From contig OZ024746.1 of the NCBI GenBank assembly GCA_964016885.1, positions 96,596,001 through 96,660,000 of the forward strand: a DNA stretch of 64,000 nt, written 5' to 3'. Position numbers and translations under genes: made by a program. Source of the stretch: Eledone cirrhosa. Lineage: Eukaryota. Positions 12,457 to 31,100 of this stretch are shown here, one piece after another; the stretch's first letter is position 1; the number at the start of each line of letters is the position of its first letter. The notes beneath the pieces are model-generated. The model did not search any database. It was not told the DNA's origin and worked only from the letters and a program-made list of their open reading frames with translations.

Positions 12457-13164
12457 TATTTAATAGTGTAGTAAGATATTTTATTTGTAATAAATCAATT
12501 CACAGTTGTATAAATAATATTACAAATATAGATGGAAATATGAAAGGAAAAAAAAAGAAAAGAAAATTATTAAAAACAAAACCAAGCAACGATGAGAGGG
12601 AGGGGAAGGAGTTTAGTATCCTTAATGATTTTACCCTATCTGACCAGCAGACTTTGCACTCTGCCCTAAGGGTATATTAAGTACTACAGTAGATTTAAAG
12701 ATTAAATAAGAAACTGTAACATTTTACAGCTAACAAACGTTTATTACGCGACACTTAGATGATCTGTCGTTCGTTATCAGAGTTGACATTCTCAGTTGAT
12801 GTCTGGGTCATGAAAAAAAAAACTTCTTTGGTTCATAGTTTCATTTATTTATTTATTTTTCATAAATCTCAAATCTTTTATAGGTCACTTTTACTTTCCT
12901 ATACTTCTGTTTTCTTTATCTCTTTCTCTCTATTTTTTTCATGTGAAGACAGTTTTACTGATGGTGGTGGCGGTAGTCGTTCAATTTATAATTAAAATGA
13001 CTATTAACTTACGGTTATCTCCCTTTATAACATTAACACTATATATATTTATATATTGTTTATCTGTAAAATAAATTATACGTCTCGGGTAAAAAAAAGA
13101 AAAAAAGAAAATTACTGCCTTCATAAATTACATTTCATTATCTTATATTTAGAATAAAAGTGAA

Positions 13165-13400
13165 CAAGTGAAACATATTTTTCGTCTGGAGATCATGGGT
13201 TCCATATTTCGTGAATTATATACTTCTCCGAATTGAGAGATCACAGTTCCGATACTATGGGCATGTGGTTAGAATGTCTCAGGAAAGAATCGCTGGACAA
13301 AATCAACAGGCAGGAGACCTAGAGGTAGACCCCGAGCGAAATGATTGAATAGCATCCATGACGTTGGCTGGTCTCGCTTGGGTATCCAGCCGTCGCTGGT
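13165..13400 (+). mobile_element. RTE-type LINE 3' fragment
   Basis: Reads LLRIERSQFRYYGHVVRMSQERIAGQ...GRRPRGRPRAK; reverse-complement match to 51750-51880. Confidence 0.7.
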
Positions 13401-15259
13401 GGGAGCCCGGAGCAATTACCCCTTTGCCCTCCATTAAATCCGGCCCTACCGGAAGGCGTGTTTGAGGAATCTGCCCCCGCGACCCCCTCAGGAATAAGTG
13501 GACAAAGAAGTTTAGATACTTCTGTAGTATGTATATTGCAACCGGACGGAAACTCCACCGGACAAAATCCCCGCTTCTACAGGACAAAAAGAAACCTTTT
13601 TCGTTCACAGGATCGTGGGGGAAGAGTCCTCAAACACTCCTTCCAGCAAGTCCTGTCAGAAGCAACCATCTCCAACTGATACAGCTGGATCCCCAAGCGT
13701 GACCAGCCAAGCTCATAGATGTTATCCAACTGCCGGTTTTGTTTTTTTTTGTAATTTTTTTTGTCCAATTTTACAGACAAAAACCCCACAGAGTAAACTA
13801 TAAAAACCCCACAGAGTAAACTATAAAAACCCCACAGAGTAAACTATAAAACAGTAAACAATAAAATCAAATCTCTTTACAATGTTTAATAATTAACACG
13901 AAATATAATTTTCCCCTCTAAACTATTTATAATCATCAACATATAAAGTAAAGGCTTTTGGAATTATTTTTTTTATAGCTTTTTTTAAAAAACTAATTTA
14001 CAGTAAGATTGGTTTCTGATATAGGCACAAGGCTAACAAATTTTTTTTTTTTGGTAACTTCTACTTTATTTTTTTCGATCCCGTAAGGATGAAAGGAAAA
14101 GCTAACCTCGGCGGGATTTGAACTCAGAACGTAAAATATTGATAACAGTGTAAACCACAAAGTAAATTCACTCTACGCTCGTTATACATTCGGCATTAAA
14201 ATGTTAAATGAAAAATAGAAACGAGCTATCTATCTTCCGACCATAATCAAATCGTATTTTTTTTTTACTACGCGGGTTCTTTTTTTATCGGATAAGTGGT
14301 TGGGGTTCGTCCGGTAGGTGGTTGAGATTTGTCCAGTAAGGGGCTGGAGTTTGTCCTTAATATTTTTTTATAATGGACACATATGCTGTTACATCACAAA
14401 TACTGAAATAAATTTCTTGTTTTACACAAGGCTATAGATTAACCGAGAAAGGGAAAGGGATTATGTGATGTTCATGCCTTTTTTAAGGGTATTAGTGCTG
14501 GTTAAGACAAATGACAGTCATCAATGTGAGGTACGGCCGAGTCGAATTTCAAGACGCCGTATTCAGCATCGATCCTGACTGGGGCTCGACTGACCCTGAA
14601 AGACACTATCTGCATTCTCGGCTCTCCAATACTCCCGAAAGCCATAGGTGAATGCCTGGAGACCAAGCATGCAGACCTGACGAGGATGATGGATAGATTT
14701 ACGCCTCGTCGACGCGCACCAGGCGTTCTCCCTCCTGAGGAACTATCTCGCTCTCTCCAAATTCATCTCACGCTACACAGTGCGCCTTGCCAACCTCTAG
14801 CAGATCGACTCGTCGAACTCAACTGCTTTGTGTTTTGACAGCGTCGACTAGCAACAGGCGAAATTCAGCCTTCGATCTACTCTTCACTTGGTACTGTCGG
14901 CCTATCTTTCCCTCCAGTCGCACCCTTATACATACAAGCACACACAAACTAATACACTCGTATACACACACACGTGTGTGGCCCTTCGGTTTCCTTGTCA
15001 GTAACCTGTTCAACCTGTTTTCCACTATATTACTCTCGTGTCTTATATAATCATGACATAACAGCTTTTTATACTAGAAAACAACTGAGAAATTTTACTG
15101 CAATGACTTTTACAAAAGGTCACTCCACACAACCACTGCCTGTATATCTTCAGAATCTTCTAGTCTCGTGTATATTCTAGAAACCTCTTATTAACTAACT
15201 CTGATTGAATATTCAGAAAACAGGAATGTCATCAAAAACAACAATATATAATTAATTGT

Positions 15260-15640
15260 TTCTTCTTTTGGCACAAAGCCAGCAATTATCCAGTACATTA
15301 CTGAAAGGGAGGGGAAAGTCAATTAAAACGACCCCAGTACTTACTGGTGCTTTATTTTACTGACCACGTAAGGATGAAAGTCAAAGCTAACCTCAGTGGG
15401 ATTTGAACTCAGATCGGAAAGAGCCGTAATTCTATGCTGCAAAACATGGTGTCTAACGCTCTACCGATTCTGCCAATCCAACATATGATTGCAAAGTCGT
15501 TAGAAGATCAGCTAGGAAGCTTTGCGGTATTCGATTCGACTATCTACTCGCTGAGTTCAAATCCCACCGAGGTCAACTTTGCCTTTCATCTGTTTGAGGT
15601 TAATAAAAAAAAAAGTACCAGTCTAGTACTGGGGTCATTT
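15260..15640. mobile_element. Two tRNA-derived SINE copies in opposite orientation
   Basis: Minus copy about 15260-15480 (ggatttgaactcag...accgattctgccaatcc); plus copy about 15490-15640 (gagttcaaatcccaccgaggtcaactttgcctttcatc). Another minus copy at 14020-14130. Confidence 0.7.
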
Positions 15641-16068
15641 CTTTCTCTATATCACTCTCTCCTTCTCTGGAAGAAATCAGCTGTGTTCAGACAAGGAGAG
15701 AAGATGGGCTCCGCCTGGTTTAAAATGCCTAAAACACTTTTATTACGGCACCCCTGCGATCGGCCGCTCTCGGATGGTTTGTGGTAGAGCCTGTAACAGT
15801 GGAGACTTCCGGCATTCTTCGTCCCCGAACCACATCCCTAATCACTGCTATCAGAGCGGAGTTGGCTGCCCTCCCGCAGGTACGAGCACCCCGAGGTGGA
15901 GTGGCCGTTCCAACGTGTCTCCCTCGTCGTCCTTCAGAGCAATGTATTCTCCATCCCGACGGCTGGGACCCAGAGGCGGAGGGTAAGTTAGTTAGTTAGT
16001 GGATGATACTCGTTCGGACGCCACTTTCACACTCATATTTTAAAAACAAAGAATTTAATTCACAGTGT

Positions 16069-16099
<31 letters not shown>

Positions 16100-16789
16100 G
16101 GGCTGCTAAATTAGAAATAAATTTAGTGTATTTTTAGAATTGGTAATTGTTAGGGCCACCTTTTGAGACCTTAAAATGTTTAGTTTTTAGACCTTTAAAA
16201 AAAATATGGGCAAAACAAACCGGCAGATGACCCAAGGGTAGACTGAGCAAGATGGTTGATAACAACCATGAGCTTGGCTGGTCTCAGTTGGAGATGGTTG
16301 TTTCTGACAGGACACAGTGGAAGGAGTGTTTCAGGACCCGGGGCCCCCCCACAACCCTCTCCGGAAGCAGAAGTGTTTTATACCATCATGAGTTAAGTGA
16401 CCATACTACATAGATGTATTTATTGGACGGTCACGCCGTTCACAGGTTCATAGTGTGGTAGTAGGAGGCTGTGAGACTACGTATTGACAGTGAGAAAAGT
16501 GAAGTGAATGTGAGTGGAAGGAAGAGGTGTTGGTAACATTACATGGAGTGGCAAACGAGGGAAAGAGTGGCTGTGGGAGTATTAAAACGAGAGAGGGTTG
16601 CAATAGAGGTTTTATCACTCTCTCAGTGTAGTAAGTATCACTGGATTAAATAGTAAAAACAACATTAACAAAATTACTACTACTACTATTACCGCTGCTA
16701 CTACTACTACTACTACTACTACTATTGCTGTTACTTCTACTACTACTACTACACACAGAGACAACCACGTATATATATAAATATATACA

Positions 16790-16945
16790 CACTACATCTA
16801 ACACTACAGTGACATCAACAAAGGATCTGTATTTGGACTCCTTGTTTGGTACATAAACTTGCACCACGCACAGAGACCTATCTTTCAGCGTAAGCTTTAA
16901 GAGGCAAATACTCCCTCCTAATGGGATCCAGTCCATAACACATTC
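16790..16945 (-). mobile_element. RTE LINE AP-endonuclease fragment
   Basis: ECVMDWIPLGGSICLLKLTLKDRSLCVVQVYVPNKESKYRSFVD (decayed V-YAP motif). Confidence 0.6.
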
Positions 16946-17086
16946 TGACCGCCCGGTAAGGGGTGGGGTTGGACTATCCCCACTCCCGCCTATGCAGTCA
17001 TTTCTGGTGTCACAATTGGCTAGTGGAGTTTCTATCCTCCATGATGATGATGATATATATAATACACACACATATATACACACACA

Positions 17087-18634
17087 CATCATCATCATCG
17101 TTTAACGTCCACTTTCCACGCTAGCATGGGTTAGACGGGAGTTGTCCCACTTGAGGCAAGGTTGGTCGGGTGACCGTGTCTCGCTCATATAGGACTATCT
17201 GGCAGGTTTTCTATGGCTGGATGCCCTCCCTAACACCAACCACATTTACAGTGTGGAACTGGGAACTTTTTACCGTGCTACCTACATGGCCACATTACAG
17301 CGTGGACTGTGTTTTTTTCTCGTGACACCTACACGATCTCGATCTCATTTATTTGGACTGGATGTTGTGGTACCAACTTTATAGAGAGGGGGTGGTGTTG
17401 GTGGGAGTGGGAGGATAGGGTAGGGGTAGTGGATTGGTGTGTATATTTGGTTAAGAGGTGCCTACTGACTGTAGGTTTCGCTTTGTACATAGGAAAGGCG
17501 GGTCTTCTGTATTACTGTGTAACGCCAAAGATCTCGGTCCAGTGACAGTCTTAGAGAGGTGCAAGTGTGTAAGGTCGGAATTCATCAGATCGTCCCAGGT
17601 TTTTCTGGGTCTACTACTCCGTAACTACCAGCAATTTTGATCGCCCTGCACTTTTCTATACAGCTGTCGTCTTTCATGCGCATCACGTGGCCATACCAAC
17701 ATAGTCTTCTCTCAAGTAAAGAGCATCTGATCCCTCTTATTCCTAATTTCTCACTTAGTTCATTTATGCTTTGCCGTTCACGTATGTTACTATTACACAT
17801 CCAACGGAGCATGCATGCTTCATTCCTTTCCAGTCTACGCAGATCTTCTGCGCGCAATGCCCATGTCTCACTACCATGTAGCATTGCTGTTCATATACAA
17901 GCATCATACAATCTGCCTTTCATTTTTAGAAAGAAACCTTTTGTGGCCAACAGCGGTATAAGCTCTCTGAACTTTTTCCATCCCGTTCTGACTCTGGTTA
18001 CTGTACTTTCAGAACACCCTCCACCACTGCTGATTTTGTCACCCAGGTAACGGAAAGTGTCTACTATTTCTATAGAACCATCTGGGCAATAGAAGGGGCT
18101 AGTATCCTGTGGGCACTTGCTACTTATAGCACTTGAGCATCGGCCACATATAAAGTCTAAGTTCTTAGATAGTTTACCTGTGATCCCACTACATCTTTTA
18201 TGTACCCATACTTTGCATTTGGGACATAAAATGGAGTTTCTACCTACTCCTTTCCTACACACTGAGCATGGCCATTTCCCTGAGGGCACCTGTGCCTTAT
18301 TTTCTTTCCTACAAACTAGAACTTTAGTCTTAGACAAGTTAACTTTAAGGCCTTTTGATTCTAGGCTATGCTTCCATGTTTGGAATTTCTTTTCTAGTTC
18401 AGCCATTGATTCAGCTATGAGCGTTAGATCATCTGCGTATAGGAGTTCCCATGGGCAGCCGGTCTTGAACTCCTCTGTTATAGCCTGAAGGGCAATAATA
18501 AATAGTAGGGGGCTGAGAACAGAGCCGTGATGGACGCCAACTTTTACACTAAACTCTTCACAATATTCGTTGTTAATTTTAACCTTGCTGACTGTTTCTT
18601 TATACATGGCTTGTATAGCTCTCACAAGCCATTC
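17087..18634 (-). mobile_element. 5'-truncated RTE-clade LINE (RT domain, Cys-rich insert, 3' UTR, (ATG)n tail)
   Basis: [14 protein letters not shown]...ELLYADDL...[30 protein letters not shown]...MLHGSETW...LCWYGHVMRM; (cat)n at 17087; 5' end abuts (TA)n. Confidence 0.93.
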
Positions 18635-18666
18635 GTATATGTATATATATATATGTATATATATAC

Positions 18667-18723
<57 letters not shown>

Positions 18724-18740
18724 CATATATATATATATAC

Positions 18741-18777
<37 letters not shown>

Positions 18778-18932
18778 CATATGTATATATACATATACAT
18801 ATATATATATATATATATATACATATACATATGTATATATACATATACATATATATATGTATATATGTATACATACATATACATATATATATGTATATAT
18901 GTATACATATATATATGTATATATACATATAC

Positions 18933-18965
<33 letters not shown>

Positions 18966-19058
18966 CATGTATATATACATATACATATATATATGTATAT
19001 ATACATATATATATATATGTATATATACATATACATATATATATATATGTATATATAC

Positions 19059-19106
<48 letters not shown>

Positions 19107-19128
19107 ATATATACATATATACATATAC

Positions 19129-19159
<31 letters not shown>

Positions 19160-19182
19160 CATATATATATATATACATATAC

Positions 19183-19213
<31 letters not shown>

Positions 19214-19225
19214 CATATATATATA
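18635..19225. repeat. (TA)n microsatellite with CA/TG interruptions
   Basis: Direct reading. Confidence 0.98.
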
Positions 19226-20133
19226 AAGAATGAATAATAACAGGTAGACATCATAAAAAGGTAGTTTATTCCGTGTGCTTACAAGTGTTTCCACGGTGGT
19301 ACTGCAGCCTAGTTCCGCTACGTGCAAATTCACAAGTATTTGCCGAACTCGAATATCCAATGCTGTGACCACTGTTTCCTCAGAGCAGAATGGTAAATAT
19401 ACAATGTAAAAACCCTTAAGTGGGGTTGTTGGGGAAGATAGAGTGGAACAGGAAGAGAGAAAAGTAGGGAAGAAGGAGAGAGAAGGAAAGATATGCAGGG
19501 GTTGGAGAAGTAGGAGAGAGTGGCTTGTAGATATCTTAATCAAAATGTTATGGTAGGGGTTTTATTAGTTACTTTTGGAGAGATGCGTAGATAGTTGAGG
19601 TCGGAATTATTTATTGCCCCAGAGGGCAGGTTCATAAATGTTGAGAGGGAGGTAGGTCAAAGGTGAGAGAGCGAGAGTGTAATGGATGTAGAGAGAGATA
19701 TATAGGTAGAGAGGGGACAGATAAATATGTGTGGTGAGTGAACTTTTGGTTTTGTAGTAGTAATCTAGGAGTTGTACTGAGTTACCATGTATAGTGATAA
19801 GCAGTGTATTGTCTTGTAGTGTGGGGGGAAGAGAGGGTTGTTAGCTAGAAAGTGGTGTTGTAGTTACGGGTTCGAATGTTAAGTTATTTTATAGTGAGAG
19901 AATTTAGCTTTTAGTTTGTGGTTGCAGTATAATGATCGTTCAATTCTATCGTTAAGTAGTTTGTTTTTGGATTTTAGTATGTAAAATAGCTCAAGGTTAC
20001 ATAACCTACAGTACTTCAATCCACTCCGATATGCATTTGCGCTGGAAAGTATATCCCATTTTAAGGTGAACTGTTGGTTGTGTTCACGGAGTTGCCAGGT
20101 CTTGTTGGCGAGCGTGGTCATAAAAGAGTAATA
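19226..20133 (-). mobile_element. Penelope-like element 3' end (C-terminus of GIY-YIG endonuclease region, 3' UTR/pLTR with hammerhead)
   Basis: 19879-20120 translates [12 protein letters not shown]...[29 protein letters not shown]...[17 protein letters not shown]. This matches the PLE C-terminal pattern TxLSxxIWxLK..IKWxI..Y..CxLCxxE..LLNxRxE..CRH. Flanked by (TA)n on both sides. Confidence 0.8.
19268..19391 (-). ncRNA. Type I hammerhead-like motif with long stem II (PLE-associated)
   Basis: Minus strand: AUUC UGCU-CUGAGGA-AACAGUGGU...ACCACCGUG-GAAA-CACUUG-UA^-AGCA CACG GAAU. Stem I pairs UGCU/AGCA plus AUUC/GAAU. The first pair of stem II is mismatched. Confidence 0.65.
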
Positions 20134-23228
<3,095 letters not shown>

Positions 23229-23990
23229 TTTAGAATTGGAGCTCTGAAATAGCATATATATATATGGATGTATATATAATGTATTTGCAATACACTTTAT
23301 GCTTAATTAAAAGCATTTTGAAGACCGTAAGCTATTGTTTTAAAGTAGTGACAAATTCACTCACTTTGATCTCAGCAAACAGGGGAGATAAGCCGACAAG
23401 TCTTGTTCGCTTTGGTTGAAGCTTATCAAGGCCAACTACCCCACCTGTTTACTGAGATCATTGATGTTATATTCTTATAGAAATCTAGTAAATAATCAGG
23501 AGCTGATTATGCAGAGCGGTTGTTGGTCAGGCAGAAATTAAAATTTAGAATTGGAGCTCTGAAATAGCATATATATATATGGATGTATATATAATGTATT
23601 TTGCAATACACTTTATGCTTAATTAAAAGCATTTTGAAGACCGTAAGCTATTGTTTTAAAGTAGTGACAAATTCACTCACTTTGATCTCAGCAAACAGGG
23701 GAGATAAGCCGACAAGTCTTGTTTCGCTTTGGTTGAAGCTTATCAAGGCAACTACCCCACCTGTTTACTGAGATCATTGATGTTATATTCTTATAGAAAT
23801 CTAGTAAATAATCAGGAGCTGATTATGCAGAGCGGTTGTTGGTCAGGCGGAAATTAAAATTTAGAATTAGAATTGGAGCTCTGAAATAGCATATATATAT
23901 ATGGATGTATATATAATGTATTTTGCAATACACTTTATGCTTTTAATTAAGCATAAAGTGTATTGCAAAATACATTATATATACATCCAT
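23229..23990. mobile_element. Retrozyme-like tandem array, family B (315-316-bp unit, about 2.3 copies plus a short inverted tail)
   Basis: tagaattggagctctgaaatagc recurs at 23231, 23546 and about 23865. There is an HHR motif in each full unit on the minus strand. 23937-23995 is the reverse complement of the unit start. Confidence 0.8.
23701..23758 (-). ncRNA. Type I hammerhead ribozyme, U3-A8 core variant
   Basis: Minus strand: GGGGUAG UU GCC-UUGAUAA-GCUU CAACCA AAGC-GAAA-CAA GAC UUG-UC^-GGC UUAUCUC, enclosed by the 16-bp stem GAUCUCAGUAAACAGG/CCUGUUUGCUGAGAUC. The copy at about 23385-23442 lacks one A of GAAA. Confidence 0.8.
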
Positions 23991-26370
<2,380 letters not shown>

Positions 26371-26403
26371 AAATAACAAAGAACGCCTATAGCATATGCA
26401 TAT

Positions 26404-26461
26404 CTTTACTTGCTAACATTGTTTCATCCGCACTATAAGTGGGACTCATCAGAGCATAAAG
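26404..26461 (-). ncRNA. Type I hammerhead ribozyme (solitary)
   Basis: Minus strand: CUUUA UGCU-CUGAUGA-GUCC CACU UAU AGUG C GGAU-GAAA-CAAUG-UU^-AGCA AG UAAAG. All three stems pair and the core is intact. Confidence 0.8.
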
Positions 26462-26519
26462 GTTAATTACATACCATACAAGCAATAACAAATCCAAGAC
26501 ATTGAAGAATGAAAAATAA

Positions 26520-27090
26520 TAATAGACGATAAAGGATATTAAGGAAATAAAAGTAAAAATAAAAATAGGAATAAAAATAAAAATAAAAATAAAAATAAGA
26601 TAATAAAATAAACAATGAAAAATAAGGGGTGCTATCAGTCACAGTTGGGCGGGGTGCTGTCAACATATAGTTACATACAAGCATACACATGGATAAGAGA
26701 ACAGACAAGAGTAGATAAGATAGATAGGATTAGGTAAGAGTAGGTAAAAAATAGGTGAAAAACAGACTTATAATATATATAAGAAAATATAAAGAAATAC
26801 ATAACAAACTTACATATAAAATATAAAATATACAGATAATAGTGATACAGGGTAAGGAATGAGATAAAATAAAATAAAATTAAAATTATATAAAATAGAA
26901 CATAATATAATATAATCATAAAATAAGATAAAATAAGATAAAATAAGGTAAACTAAAATAAAATAAAATAGACTAAATTAAAATAATATAATATAAGATA
27001 TAATTAAATGTAATTAAATTAAATAAATGAATAAATAAATGATTAAAATTAAATAAATAAATAAAATTAAAATTAAAATTAAAATTAAAT

Positions 27091-27126
<36 letters not shown>

Positions 27127-27127
27127 G

Positions 27128-27178
<51 letters not shown>

Positions 27179-27270
27179 ATGGAATTAAATAAGTAAATAA
27201 ATAAAATTAGATAACATGAAATGAAATAAAATAAAATAAAATGAAATAAAGTAAATTGAGATAAGATATA
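26520..27270. repeat. (TAAAA)n/(TAAA)n low-complexity region
   Basis: Direct reading. Confidence 0.9.
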
Positions 27271-28089
27271 TATTTTTTTAGAATATATCTCTTGAATATA
27301 TCAGGGGCCCACGAAGGCACTAAGTGTCACAGTTATGTGTATCACTTGACCATTTTTTTAAAATATATTTCTTGAAAATATCAGGGGCCCACGAAGGCAC
27401 TAAGTGTCACAGTCACCAGTATCACTTGACCATTGTAAGGCAATGGAGGCGTCCCAGGTTGGGCAGTCTCAAAAGTTCACTCGAAAGTCGCGGGTGTGCA
27501 TTCACACAGTTGAGCGGTGGGGTAATCACAAACCGGTTCACACCCGGGCAGGAGTCCAATGGTCAGAGAGAGGTGCATCGAAGGAAGGTAGGAGAATTCA
27601 CGTGCATTAGCAAGCGAGGTGCAGGCGGGTTAGCCAAAGCAAGCAGACACAGTTGGAGCGCATACAAAAGATATATAAAAAGACAGAAGATATATAAAAA
27701 ATAGCTTCAAGAGCCATGAAGTCACCGCATTGGGACATCACAAGATTGTACACATCAATATGTTCAGCACGTATATGCACATATACACACCACATGCATA
27801 TGCAGAGACGGTATACATATATATATATATATTTTTTTATATACAGACATATACAACCACCTACACCCATACACATATAAATGTATACACGGACACACAC
27901 GCACACACACACAGCGTAGGACACCCGGGTCAAAGCTGATATTAAACACCGAAATACCACATTAGGCCAGACCCACCACCACGGATAATACATTCAAAAT
28001 AAATACATACGATGAGATGTAGTAAAATAAAGTTGAAATCCTACGGAGATAATCGTGTCCGCACGTGCCATTGCCCGATTCAAGTGTAC

Positions 28090-28122
<33 letters not shown>

Positions 28123-28139
28123 CATACATATATATATAC

Positions 28140-28170
<31 letters not shown>

Positions 28171-31100
28171 CATCATCATCATCATTTTACGTCCGCTCTT
28201 CCCTGCTTGCAAGGGTGGGACGGGTCTTATTCAGCACAGCATCTCTCCACTCGTCATCTCCACCGTGAGCTTCAATGATCTGAGGTCTGTTCTCACCACC
28301 TCCGCCCATGTTTTTCGTGGTCTACCTCTACCACGTCTTCCTTCAATTGGCATTTTCTGGCACTTCTTCACCCATCGGTCATCCTCCATGCGCATCACAT
28401 GTCCATACCACCTCAGTCTCCTCTCCCATACACTACATTCTATCCCTCTCAGACACAGTTTCTCTCTCAACACATTTATGCTGGGTCGTTCACGCACATT
28501 TACACTGCACATCCAACGGAGCATGCTTGCCTCATTTCTCTCCAGCCGTCGCATATCTTCTGCGGTAGCTGCCCATGTCTCACTACCATGCAGCATCGCG
28601 CTCCTCACACAGGCATCATACAACCGGCCTTTCGTACGCAGGGAGAAACCCTTCTTCGTCAACAGAGGAAGCAGCTCCCTAAACTTCTTCCAACCCGTCC
28701 TTATTCTAGATACTATGGCCTCGGAACACCCTCCTCCCATGCTAATCTGATCTCCTAGGTACCGGAAGCTATCCACCACTTCTATAGCGCCCTCTCGCAT
28801 TTGAAAAATGTGTCTATCAGTGCGACTTCTACTGTCTAATTTCCCTGTACATCTACTGCATACATATTTCTCCCTACCTGTTAGTTTGCCTGCTATCCCG
28901 CTACATCTCTTGTGTACCCAGGACCTACATTGTGTGCATTTTATAGAATTTATGCCAGTTCCTTTTCTGCATATCGAACATGGCCATTTCCCTGACGGAA
29001 TCAGGGTTTTGTCCTCTTTTCTACTCATCAACACTTTTGTCTTAGCTAGGTTCACTCTCAGTCCTCTTGCTTCCAACTGCTGTTTCCATAGCCGGAATTT
29101 ATTCTCTAGCTCCTCTACTGATTCTGCCATAAGAGCCAGATCGTCAGCATAGAGAAGTTCCCATGGACAGCCAGTCTTAAACTCCTCTGTTATGGCTTGG
29201 AGGACTATAATGAACAAGAGTGGGCTGAGGACCGAACCCTGATGTACTCCTACTTGTATCTGGAATTCCTCACTAAACTCCATTCCTACCCTGACTTTAC
29301 TGAGAGTACCTCTGTACAAAGTTTGCACTGTCCTTACAAGCCATTCCTCAACACCCAGCTTCCTTAGGGACCACCAGATGACAGATCGGGGTACCCTATC
29401 AAAGGCCTTCTCTAGGTCAACAAAGGCTAAGTATAGTGGCTTATTCTTCTCTAAGAACCTCTCTTGCATTTGTCTCACCAAGAAGAGGGCATCTGTTGTA
29501 CTCTTCCCAGGCACAAAACCAAACTGCATCTCATCTAGTTTGACCCTTTCTCTAATTAGTTGTGCTAAAATCCTTTCTGCCACTTTCATAACCTGATCTA
29601 TCAGTTTTATACCCCTATAATTGCTCCTCTCCAAAGTATCCCCTTTACCTTTGTAGCAATTTATGAGAATACTGCTGCACCAGTCTTTGGGTATGACACC
29701 ACCATATATAGCCTGATTGATTATGCGTGCAACCAGTTTAGTGCCTACGTCCCCTGATGCCTTCAGCATCTCAGCAACTATTCCCGATGGTCCGGCCGCC
29801 TTACCATTCTTCATTTCCCTAATCGCCTCTTGGACCCTATATTCGTCAATCTCATTAGCTGGTCCCTCTGTCGGATCTACCAAGGGTAATTTTTCTCTCC
29901 CATTCGTTCTCCACATTCATCAGTCTCTCATAATGACATTTCCAGGCCTCCTTTTTCTGGTCATTCGTGACACTAAGTACACCGGCATCATCCCGGACAC
30001 ATTTATCACCAACAACATCCTGATTTGCATTGACACACTGCCTTGCAATGTGGAACACCGCACGCCTCTGATCTTCCCGTCGCAGAACATTGGCAAACCT
30101 CCTACTCTCTGCTTCCCTGCGTGCTAAGTACACCTGGCGTCTAGCTTCTCTCTTAGTGGCTGTATATTCTTCCCTACTCCCACCCTTATTCCAAGCCTTC
30201 CATGCTAGTCTTTTGTCTCTAATAGCCTTATCTACACTGCTGTTCCACCACCAGGTCACTCTCTGTCTGGTTGGAGCTCTGCTCCAGCCACAGGTTTCAT
30301 CAGTAGCCTTCAGCAAGTTGTCACGTAAGAACTTCCAGTTATTATCTATGTCATACGTCTCTAAATCGTCTTCTTTTTCGTCATATACATCTTGAAGGGC
30401 TTTCCTAAATTTGAATTTTAGTGAAAGGTCTTTTAGCTTCCAGACCTTTCTTCTCCACACCTTCCTATATGTCTCATTCCATCTCTTGCTTACTGAGATA
30501 TCACTAACAACTAACCTATGCTGTGGGGTACATTCTTCCCCAGGGTATGCCTTGGTATTAGACACTATCTGCCTGTCCCGCTGTCTAACTAGCAGGAAGT
30601 CAATCTGGCTTATGTGCTCACCAGATTTGTAGGTTATTAGGTGATTGGCAGGTTTCTGGAAGTTTGTGTTGCAAATAGTCAATGTACTTGCATCACAAAA
30701 TTCAAGAAGTCTCACTCCTTCTTCATTTCTTGAACCATAACCGTGCCCACCATGTACCCCAGTGTAACCATCCTGGAGCTGTCCAACATGACCATTGAAG
30801 TCTCCTGCTAGCATAACGATGTCTCCGTCCTCTGTCATTGTGGTTGTTTGCAAGAGTTGCTCATAAAATCAGTCTTTCTCATCTTTGCCTAGGCCTGCTT
30901 GGGGAGCATAGACCGAGATGATTGTCAGTAGTCTCCTACCTACAACTAATCTAAGCTTAATTATTCGATTACTAACTCGAACTACCTCTATTGTCTTATT
31001 GATCCATTTCTCAGCCAGGAAAATGCCTACTCCCCCTAACCCATCATCCTTACCTACCCAGAATACTTATAGCTAAGACGTTTGCCTACGACTAGTCTCG

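Noticed and set aside
14520-16030. LTR-retrotransposon remnants (GC-rich blocks; PBS-like tggcgtccgaac on the minus strand near 16012-16023)
   Set aside because: No paired LTRs or gag/pol motifs could be read; too weak to call.
23385-23442. First family B hammerhead as an active ribozyme
   Set aside because: GAAA reduced to GAA by a 1-nt loss; either inactive or a homopolymer sequencing error.
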